The translations under genes were made by a program, and so were the position numbers. Below, in pieces: positions 56,133-64,000 of a stretch of DNA of 64,000 nt. The notes under the pieces are model-generated. The model was not told the DNA's origin. It saw only the letters and a list, made by a program, of their open reading frames with translations, and did no database searches. The DNA comes from Epithemia pelagica. Lineage: Eukaryota > Protista > Bacillariophyta. Numbering within the stretch: the stretch's first letter is position 1; the number at the start of each line of letters is the position of its first letter. The stretch spans positions 1,612,001 through 1,676,000 of the forward strand of contig OX337228.1 in the NCBI GenBank assembly GCA_946965045.2, read 5' to 3'.

Positions 56133-57941
56133 ATGACCGACTCTCCTCTTCCACAAAGTCGACGACGACGACGATCCAAACGGATCAAACAAGACGATTG
56201 GACACCCGACACCCCGAAGGACAACTTTGGCGGCAAGACGACGCGGAATGGTACGCAGGTCCGTTCCAAGACGACAACAACGACTGCACGAAAAAAGCGG
56301 GCCAGTCTGGCCTTGCAAAAACATGGCGGCGATTCCTCCTCGTCGAGTGGAGGCCTCCAAGCCTTGTTGCCCTCCGTGATTGGTGTCTTGATTTTGGCCT
56401 ATGGCGTCATGGCCAAAATGGGATTTCGTGGACGAGCGACTGTGGCGGGGATTGATTTGGGTACCACCAACAGTGTGGTATGTGTACAAGCACCGGCCAA
56501 GGGTGTCGGTGTCATTGACTGCATTCCGGATGTGGCCACGGACAGACCCATTGTTCCTTCGGTAGTGTCCTTTTTGGAACCACCGCTACGACCGGTGGGA
56601 CCCAAATCCAAAACACCCAGTCGATTGCATCCGCATCCTTCCGCCGTTGTGGTAGGACACGCCGCCAAACATCGGATTGACACGCATCCCCATTCCACGG
56701 TGTACAATGCCAAACGTGTCTTGGGACGACCGACACAGGATGAAGCCATTGCTCAATTGCAACACGAGGTTGAATTTGCCATTGTCGCACAAGAACAAGA
56801 GGCCAGTGACAACGGTGTCGTATTTGAAATTCCCTACGATCATGGGGAAGCCCTGCGGGTGCCACCCGAACAAGTGGGCTCCTACGTGGTTCATCATTTG
56901 ATGCAAATGACGCGACAATTTTTGGGACACGACAATGTCCAACAGGCTGTCATTTGTGTACCGGCCAAATTCAATGCCTATCAACGACAACAAACAGCCC
57001 TGGCCTTTCAACAAGCGGGCATTACCGTCGTACGAACGTTGGAAGAACCCACGGCAGCGGCCTTGGCCTACGGCTTGCATCGCAAGGAGGGTGTCGATTT
57101 TATATTGGTGTACGATTTTGGTGGTGGAACCTTGGATGTCTCGTTGCTCCAAGTCTCGCAAGGGGGGTATGTTGATGTCATGGGCAGTGATGGCGACGAT
57201 CGGTTGGGTGGAGCTGATTTTGATGCTGCCGTGGCCCATTATTGGCTAGAAGAACAACCCAATGCACAACATGATGGAGTCGTTCAAGCTGTTGCCGATG
57301 CGCTCCATCACATTGTGCAAGTACAGGAAGAACATTCAGAAAACCAACGACGACAACAACAACAACGACGACGTACCGAGTCGTCCTCGTTGATGGAGTT
57401 GGAGCAACGATTGGCCGAAACGTGTCCGGCCGTGGAACAAATACCGCTATGTACTGCCTCCTCCTTTCATACCTTGGCCGAACAAGTGAAAATTCAATTG
57501 TCCAGTCAATATGCGCAACAATTGGAGGAGACCAGCAATCGGGGCGACGAACAAGATATGGTCGTACAAGCCACGTGTTTGGGACTAGGAAGGGATTCTA
57601 CCTGGGATCCTTCTTCGTCGTCATCCTCTTCCTCCTCATTTTCATCCGTTTTGTCTCACTTTTGTGACCATTTACAACCCGTGACCTTGAGTTTGTCCTT
57701 GTCGGAATACAATGTGGCCGTACAACCCTTGTTGGATCGATCCAGTCTACCGGTCCAACGGTTGTTGGAGGAATTGGATGTCCCCATTGACGAAATTGAC
57801 GAAGTCGTCTTGGTGGGTGGAACCAGTCGCATGCCTCACATTCGAGCCTTGGTCCGACAAGCCTTGCCCTCGGCCACCTTGAATACCCACATTGATCCCG
57901 ATTTGACCGTCGCCTACGGTGCGGCCTCAGTGATTGATTAA
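56133..57941 (+). CDS. Membrane-anchored Hsp70-family protein consisting of the nucleotide-binding domain only (HSPA13/STCH-like)
   Basis: TM VIGVLILAYGVMA; GIDLGTTNS, EEPTAAALAYG, YDFGGGTLDVS, LVGGTSRMP; ends at DPDLTVAYGAASVID. Confidence 0.85.
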   Translation: MTDSPLPQSRRRRRSKRIKQDDWTPDTPKDNFGGKTTRNGTQVRSKTTTTTARKKRASLALQKHGGDSSSSSGGLQALLPSVIGVLILAYGVMAKMGFRGRATVAGIDLGTTNSVVCVQAPAKGVGVIDCIPDVATDRPIVPSVVSFLEPPLRPVGPKSKTPSRLHPHPSAVVVGHAAKHRIDTHPHSTVYNAKRVLGRPTQDEAIAQLQHEVEFAIVAQEQEASDNGVVFEIPYDHGEALRVPPEQVGSYVVHHLMQMTRQFLGHDNVQQAVICVPAKFNAYQRQQTALAFQQAGITVVRTLEEPTAAALAYGLHRKEGVDFILVYDFGGGTLDVSLLQVSQGGYVDVMGSDGDDRLGGADFDAAVAHYWLEEQPNAQHDGVVQAVADALHHIVQVQEEHSENQRRQQQQRRRTESSSLMELEQRLAETCPAVEQIPLCTASSFHTLAEQVKIQLSSQYAQQLEETSNRGDEQDMVVQATCLGLGRDSTWDPSSSSSSSSSFSSVLSHFCDHLQPVTLSLSLSEYNVAVQPLLDRSSLPVQRLLEELDVPIDEIDEVVLVGGTSRMPHIRALVRQALPSATLNTHIDPDLTVAYGAASVID

Positions 57942-58329
57942 TCCACACAGCTAGAGGACGACGTTCCTCACCACAGTTTCGGGTAGTAAAGCAATCCGTT
58001 TCTTCAATTGGATCCGGTCCGTCAGTAGAATAACAGTTGGTATCTGTGGTAACCAATCTCTCTTCCTTTTCGAACCAATGCGTAGACGAATAGGAGTAGG
58101 AGTGAGTTACTTCATAGGAGTACGTCGTCTAGCTAGAGAGGCTAACCATAGTAGCAATTGGGACGATGCGATACATAATAGTGCGAAGTCTGTCCATCTA
58201 TCCTCTTCTGTTTTCGTTTGTGATATTGGCCATGGAATGAGGCATGCTGAGGAGAAAATGAGAGAAGAACGACGGTAGTGTCGAATTGAGGCACGTACTC
58301 GCGAGAGAGGAAAAGACGAGAAGAGGAGA

Positions 58330-60231
58330 ATGGAACGAAATGCTTTGCATCATCGATTGGGCAACAACCGGGACCATGCCAACAACGAAGACGACGAAGT
58401 ACCTGATCGGCTGGCTGACCACAACCACGATGAGGTGGATCATTTGAGATCCTTGGATCAGGTTCTGGAAGAGGCCTCCTCACGAACCTCCAACACCATT
58501 TCTTTAGATCCATCAGAGGAATCCTCCACGAGATGCTTCCCATATTCCCTAGAAGCCTGGAGGTACTGGCGAATCTTTGTTGCCTTGGGGATTTGCAATG
58601 CCTCGGATGCCTCCGAAATTTTGTGTCTCGCCTATGTTCTGGCTAATGGTCCTTTTCAAATGCAAATGTTGAATTCGACTGCCTGGAGAGCCAGCTTGTT
58701 GGCCTCTCTCGTCTTTGCTGGCATGTTGATGGGTGGCCTCCTCGTGGCCCTGGTGGGCGATTCCTCTCACGCAACGTGTTCCAAACGTGGAGGTCGACGG
58801 GGGGTCTTGTTGCAGGGGTTGACCTTGAATGCTATTTCTGGAATCTTGGCCGCGTTGGTGGCACCCAATGTGGGCTGGCTGTGCGTGTTTCGTTTCCTCG
58901 GTGGTGTGGGCATTGGATCTTCCATTCCTCCCATGTTTACACTCTGTGCCGAATTGGCTCCAGCTCGAGATCGAGGATTTTGGGGATCCTGGGTGGCTAG
59001 TTTTTGGTTGGTGGGAAGCTTGTTTGTCGCTCTTGTTGCCTGGCCGGTTCTCGGTACCTCAAAATTCTGGTGGTGGGAGCATCACGATCATTCCTATGCA
59101 TGGCGGGTGCTGATCTTGATTTGTACTTTCCCCAGTGTGTTGGGATTAACCTTGGTCCGTCTGTTTGTTCCGGAATCTCCACGATATCTAGCACTTCATG
59201 GTCAACCACAAGAGGCTGTGGAGGTGGTGCATCACATTACCACCCATTGCTTGCAGTCAAGCTGTCGACCCTGGACACTGGAGGAGGCGATGCACCACTA
59301 TGTCATTCCCTCTTCGTCGTCTTCATTGTTGGATTCAACCGCCTCTCTAGATGCTGGGAACGATCACATTCGAACAAGGACGGTGGGCATGGCGGGTGTG
59401 CTTGGCTCATTGGTAGTCTTGTACGACACTCCACGTCTCAAAGGAACGACATGGGCATTGCAAGGGATTTGGTTTTCTCTTTCCTTTGCCAGTTATGGTC
59501 TTTCGACGTGGATAAACACCTTGTTTGTGCAAGTTCAACTCCAAAATATCTATTGGAACGCTCTTTTGTTTGCGGCGTCGAGCTTTCCTGGCAATATCCT
59601 AAGTACAATTCTTTTGGATCGATGGGGAAGAAAGACTGTGTTGGTGACAAGTCTTTTGGCATCCACCTTGTCACTGTTGCTCTTTGCCTACATTGTTCAT
59701 GTGGTGGCACACCAACAAGATTCATCCAACGCCTCTGCAGAAGACTCCTCTTCGGCTACGTCGTCGTCCTCGTCATTTATTTTCTTGAAGCGATGGATTG
59801 TTGGGTCGGCCTGTGCCTTTCAGTGTTGTACAATAATTGCCTGGAATACGTTGGCTGTCGTGACGCCCGAACTCTATCCCACCATGGTACGGAATTCCGG
59901 TACGGCCCTGTGTGGTGCCAGCGGTCGTGTGGGTGCCATGGTGGCTCAAATTACCAATGGATTTACCGTCCACAAACCTGCACTGTTGTTGACGATTTCG
60001 GCAGCTACACTCTTGTTTGGAACGGTTGTACCATTTGGACTTCCTGATAAGACACGGCAAGGGGTGGAGGACCGCATTCAAATCGCCACACTCTCTACTA
60101 GCGAAGACGGTGGCCCGGATGAGGAACCAGACACTATGGTCACTGAGGAGGATCAAAACCACAACTCGGCGACTCTCGACCTCCACCATACACCCGACAG
60201 CTACCAGCAAAGCCGCCAGATTGTCTCATGA
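58330..60231 (+). CDS. MFS transporter (SV2/sugar-porter-like)
   Basis: About 12 hydrophobic segments; GGRRGVL and LDRWGRKTVL loop motifs, PESPRYL, ELYPTMVRNSG. Confidence 0.92.
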   Translation: MERNALHHRLGNNRDHANNEDDEVPDRLADHNHDEVDHLRSLDQVLEEASSRTSNTISLDPSEESSTRCFPYSLEAWRYWRIFVALGICNASDASEILCLAYVLANGPFQMQMLNSTAWRASLLASLVFAGMLMGGLLVALVGDSSHATCSKRGGRRGVLLQGLTLNAISGILAALVAPNVGWLCVFRFLGGVGIGSSIPPMFTLCAELAPARDRGFWGSWVASFWLVGSLFVALVAWPVLGTSKFWWWEHHDHSYAWRVLILICTFPSVLGLTLVRLFVPESPRYLALHGQPQEAVEVVHHITTHCLQSSCRPWTLEEAMHHYVIPSSSSSLLDSTASLDAGNDHIRTRTVGMAGVLGSLVVLYDTPRLKGTTWALQGIWFSLSFASYGLSTWINTLFVQVQLQNIYWNALLFAASSFPGNILSTILLDRWGRKTVLVTSLLASTLSLLLFAYIVHVVAHQQDSSNASAEDSSSATSSSSSFIFLKRWIVGSACAFQCCTIIAWNTLAVVTPELYPTMVRNSGTALCGASGRVGAMVAQITNGFTVHKPALLLTISAATLLFGTVVPFGLPDKTRQGVEDRIQIATLSTSEDGGPDEEPDTMVTEEDQNHNSATLDLHHTPDSYQQSRQIVS

Positions 60232-60524
60232 TGATCGTTACCTATGCGGACAACCCATTCAGAAGAACGTACATAACATGAACACAAACACAGGTCATTC
60301 ATAGCATATAAGCTATTGGAGTAGATAGGAGTAGTAGATACTCTTAGGAGCCGCTTTGGCAACAAATGCGCCCTCGGGGGTATACCTAGCTACCCCGATG
60401 TAGTCCGTCCATCGTCCGTACCCTTTGCAGTTGGGTTTTCGCTTCTTTTCTCATTTCAACAAACCATTGTTATTTGTGGAATCCCTCTGCCTCCAACAAA
60501 CGCAACAAGAAAACTGTTCTCAAC

Positions 60525-60959
60525 ATGAGTTACCACGACGATTATATGGACGACCGTGCTGAAGAGGAGGAGGAAGAAGATGCCCCGGCACAGCAGGTGG
60601 TAGAGTTAATGAATGCTTCGGTTCCGGAACGCATCAAGGACATTCGTGCCTGCAAGCGATGTGGTTTACTCAAGACCTTGGGTCAATTCATTGAACATGG
60701 ATGTGAAAATTGCCCCTTTTTGAACATGGCTGAAGAAGGTTCCCAGCAAGTGGCGAGATGTACCACAGCCTTTTTCGAAGGACAAATTGCTGTCATGGAT
60801 CCTCGCGATAGCTGGGCGGCCAAATGGATTCGCGTCGATGCCTATTTGCCGGGTGTCTATGCCATTGTTGTGACGGGTCAATTTGATCGAGAAATTGAAG
60901 AAGATTTGGAAAATCAGGGCATTCGATGGCGGTGTCGGCCGTCAACGGCATCCTCTTAA
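60525..60959 (+). CDS. SPT4: Transcription elongation factor Spt4
   Basis: RACKRCGLLKT..GCENC zinc ribbon; CTTAFFEG..DPRDSWAAKW..PGVYA. Confidence 0.96.
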   Translation: MSYHDDYMDDRAEEEEEEDAPAQQVVELMNASVPERIKDIRACKRCGLLKTLGQFIEHGCENCPFLNMAEEGSQQVARCTTAFFEGQIAVMDPRDSWAAKWIRVDAYLPGVYAIVVTGQFDREIEEDLENQGIRWRCRPSTASS

Positions 60960-61104
60960 TCATTGGGATCAGGATCAAGAGGGATTTTTCAGACGTGTTA
61001 GCATTGCTTTCAAAAAACATAGACGAAATGTATTCTAGAGACAATTGGTTATTCTTCAGTTGCACGGCTCTTCTCCGGACTGTATTTGGATACGACTCTG
61101 CTTG

Positions 61105-62001
61105 CTATCGTAAGGGCGAAAAGGATGTGGGTATGTGAATTGTGGTGGAAAACGAAAGGGCAAGTTCGGCCATTTCGGCAATGGCATTGCGCCATGGTGT
61201 GGCTTGTCGAGCACCTTGACGGGAGGCCTCCATGGCATTATAGCCTTCTCCATGACGCCAAATTTCCACCACCTGATTGAGAGGTCCCACTTCAGAATAG
61301 AGAACCGTCACCAAGGATGAGGAGGGATGCAATGTGGACAATTTGGAAGGCAATCCTTCTTGATAATGTTCAAAGAATTTGGGAACAGTATCATAGCCCA
61401 ATTTCAGTTGATACCGACGAAGCTCTAACAATGTTGTAGTTGGGGCCGTCCCCTGTGTATTGTCGTTATTACCGACCAGGCTGGCCATTCCAGATACGGT
61501 TGGAAACTTGGCAACAAATGGTGCTTCGACAAACAAGTTGGACTGTTGCGATTGAACAAAAGGCTTGCACTTGGATAAGTACGACTTCCATTCTTCTTGT
61601 TGGGCCAAAGACTTTCTTTTGGATTGTCGTTCGGGGTATCCACCAGCATAGTAGTATGCATGCGTCGCGACATTCAAAAAGCCACCGCCTGTTTCGGGTA
61701 ACGAAAAGAAACAGAGTGGTGTAAATGATTGGCGCAGAGGAGCAGATTCAGTGGTAGCCTTGATGTATGATTGGGTATATTGTGGATGCAGGGTATATTC
61801 GCGAAGTTCAACCAATGGCGACGACAGGGTGCTGGCTGTTGTGGTCGACATGGTTCTTGTTGTTGAGGGTGCGGCTTTACGGTGAATGGAAAACAAGCCT
61901 TCCAAGACCCAAGTGGGCGACCGATACCGCGGCAGAGAATCACAACGGGAAGTAGAGGAAAGGAAAGTCCGTCCAACAAGTAGCTTTGTCGAAATCGCCA
62001 T
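61105..62001 (-). CDS. NIPSNAP-family protein with mitochondrial-type presequence
   Basis: Two repeats, LVELREYTLHP and LLELRRYQLK; EVGPLNQVVEIWR. Confidence 0.85.
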   Translation of the reverse strand: MAISTKLLVGRTFLSSTSRCDSLPRYRSPTWVLEGLFSIHRKAAPSTTRTMSTTTASTLSSPLVELREYTLHPQYTQSYIKATTESAPLRQSFTPLCFFSLPETGGGFLNVATHAYYYAGGYPERQSKRKSLAQQEEWKSYLSKCKPFVQSQQSNLFVEAPFVAKFPTVSGMASLVGNNDNTQGTAPTTTLLELRRYQLKLGYDTVPKFFEHYQEGLPSKLSTLHPSSSLVTVLYSEVGPLNQVVEIWRHGEGYNAMEASRQGARQATPWRNAIAEMAELALSFSTTIHIPTSFSPLR

Positions 62002-62276
62002 TCTGATGCAGTCTACACTCGACGCCAAAAAATACGCCATGGTCCACGACACATACGTACGAAAAACAATGACCCAAAAGCGACAACTTTTCGTTCGGTC
62101 GCGATATTTTCATGGTCTGGCCTTCAGCTCCCACCTCCACCTCCCACCACGCAACTTTTTTTTCTTTCGCCCATCGCATTCGACCATGGGATCGAAATGA
62201 GCCCTTGTCCTCCACGGAACGCATCGTTTCAGTCTGATTGCACATGCTGACAAATTGAAAAGAATCGGGTGAAAGG

Positions 62277-62858
62277 ATGAGCGAGAAGAAAGGTACAAAG
62301 ATTCCGGAAAAGGGCAGCAAATCATCCAAACCGTCTGGTCGACCAGAAGTTCCTGTTGTTGTGGCACAAAGCGGATTTCCCATTTCCTCGTCACGCCGAC
62401 GTCGTCGGGATGACGTCCAGAATCACCGAATATCAGAAGAAAGACAACAGCAACAACAAGCTCCCAAACGCAAGGCATGGGTATTGGATCTGCATCAAGC
62501 CAAGCGTGATGTGCGCAATTTTGGTGCAACAGGGTTGGAAGGAGACCAAAAACGCTCCTTTGAAGAAGAACAATACAAAATGTTAACAGGGCGGGCGAAA
62601 AAGAAGCCCTTTTGTCCTCCCAACATTGCTCGGAACAGTCGGAAAAAGGCGGAACAACGACAGCAAAAAGAACTGCAACAAGCCAAAGAAGCGGGGTTGG
62701 TGTTGCCATCGGTTCAACACATTTCAACCCATCAAGAACGAAACAAGAAACGAAGGCAACAAGACTATCATCGGGATCGAATGTCGTATGGACCTGCTCC
62801 ATCAACTGGGGGTGTATTTAAGAATGGTGTTTTGAAGCTTACGAAAAAGCCATTCTGA
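62277..62858 (+). CDS. Small basic protein, Faf1/C1orf131-like SSU-processome factor
   Basis: DVRNFGATGLEG..KR..E..LTG..K..; C-terminal GVFKNGVLKL. Confidence 0.6.
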   Translation: MSEKKGTKIPEKGSKSSKPSGRPEVPVVVAQSGFPISSSRRRRRDDVQNHRISEERQQQQQAPKRKAWVLDLHQAKRDVRNFGATGLEGDQKRSFEEEQYKMLTGRAKKKPFCPPNIARNSRKKAEQRQQKELQQAKEAGLVLPSVQHISTHQERNKKRRQQDYHRDRMSYGPAPSTGGVFKNGVLKLTKKPF

Positions 62859-62978
62859 GATTCCATTCGATGTGCTCTTTTCTATGCTTTACCCTTGAAA
62901 GCTAGATTAAGAGATCAATGACTAGGAAGTTTGTGCCGCAAACTTTCTTTGACTTCAAAGTTTTACTTCTATTAGCGC

Positions 62979-64000
62979 TTATGAACTATCATTGCTCCCT
63001 CCCCTCACCGAGTCACCAGAAGCTTTGGTTCGTAATGGCGGTTGATCTTGTTGTGATGGATCACTCGTAGAGTCTTGATCGGCGTCTTCTTGTGATTGCT
63101 GCTGTTGTTGCCGCAAGCCTTGTCTTGTGTATTCATTGGGATTGGGCAAGATGCGAGCTCGGACAATGCCAATTTTCTGGGCAAACCAAATGCCATTGCG
63201 GGTTGGTGCAGCTTCCAATCGTTGAATGGTATCCAAGCCATCCACAATCCGTCCAAAACAGGGATCACCGATATGAATGTCGGTATTATCTTCGGTATTG
63301 ATATAAAAGCTAGGACTGCCGTCGGCAGCAAATCCCATTGTATACTTTTGATGTGGATAGGCGTCATTGTATTCTTTAAAGGCCACGCCTTCCAATCCAT
63401 GATCGGCAAAGGCCTTGGCCTTGGCAGCCGCCAGAGAGCCATCGTAGGGTAACGGAGCGGCCTTGAGAACGTGGAGAGCGTTTAGAATAAAGGAGCAACC
63501 ATCAATTAATCCGACCGATACCATTTCCAAAAAGGTAAAGACCGCATGGGGCATGTCCGATGTGGGTGCCATTTCAATGACAAACTTGGTGGGACCGGGA
63601 TCTTGCGTTGTCTTCAAGTTCTTGTTGTTGTTGCCCGCATTCTTGTTCGTACTGGCGGTAGGAAAGATCAATTCCATCTCCACATAGTGCCGTCCGGGAC
63701 CGTATTTGGCTTCCAACGACTCTCGACTAATGCTTTGAACACGGTTCTTGAGGGACTCTCCACTGTTGCTCAAATCTTGAATGCGATCCCGAACCATGGT
63801 CAATTCCGACAATGCTTGTTGCTGCTGTTGCCTTTGGTAGTTGGAAACTTGTTGTGATGAATGATTTTCTTGTTGATGTTGCGGATGCAACAAACCATTC
63901 ATGGCATTAATTTCACGTTTGAGCAATTGCAAATCGTGTTCCGTATCGTACAGTTGTTGCGACAATTGATCTCGCGAGGCTCGTAGTTCGGTTGCCTTTT
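62979..64000 (-). CDS. Cyclophilin-like (PPIase-fold) protein with N-terminal coiled coil; 5' end runs off the window
   Basis: YGPGRHYVEMEL, FVIEMAP..MPHAVFTFLEMV, FYINTEDN..H..GDPCFGRIVDGLD; frame is open to the window edge. Confidence 0.7.
   Translation of the reverse strand, partial: KATELRASRDQLSQQLYDTEHDLQLLKREINAMNGLLHPQHQQENHSSQQVSNYQRQQQQQALSELTMVRDRIQDLSNSGESLKNRVQSISRESLEAKYGPGRHYVEMELIFPTASTNKNAGNNNKNLKTTQDPGPTKFVIEMAPTSDMPHAVFTFLEMVSVGLIDGCSFILNALHVLKAAPLPYDGSLAAAKAKAFADHGLEGVAFKEYNDAYPHQKYTMGFAADGSPSFYINTEDNTDIHIGDPCFGRIVDGLDTIQRLEAAPTRNGIWFAQKIGIVRARILPNPNEYTRQGLRQQQQQSQEDADQDSTSDPSQQDQPPLRTKASGDSVRGGSNDSS

Overview
Eukaryotic nuclear DNA, almost certainly from a diatom. Evidence: a signal-peptide-bearing SELMA-type ubiquitin, bipartite-targeted plastid proteins, diatom-type copia elements and GT-AG introns. 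The window has three parts. (1) 1-11.3 kb: host genes (cyclin; DUF1769/Duc1-PH-DUF547 protein; ankyrin protein; frameshifted TPR-like gene) and a PIF/Harbinger MITE. (2) About 11.3-41.3 kb: a transposon island holding a tyrosine-recombinase (Crypton-like) element, two full-length Ty1/copia retrotransposons, a non-autonomous LTR element with nested tandem arrays, a Harbinger deletion derivative and a 98-bp inverted repeat, with the ascorbate-synthesis gene GLDH inside it. (3) 41.5-64 kb: a dense block of host genes (AOC/dirigent-like, plastid LPAAT, patatin, cystathionine gamma-lyase, TCAIM-like, sUbi, NBD-only Hsp70, MFS, SPT4, NIPSNAP, Faf1-like, cyclophilin-like). The most striking signal is in the three LTR elements. 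None has a normal tRNA-3'-end primer site. Each instead has a site complementary to a tRNA anticodon arm ending at position 40: Asn-GUU in one element, and an identical 14-nt Ile-GAU site in the other two. Two elements have non-canonical LTR termini (TC..CA, CG..CG), the two Ile-type elements appear to make 4-bp TSDs, and one has gag and pol in one frame separated by a single TGA. All domain calls come from motif recognition by eye, with no database searches.
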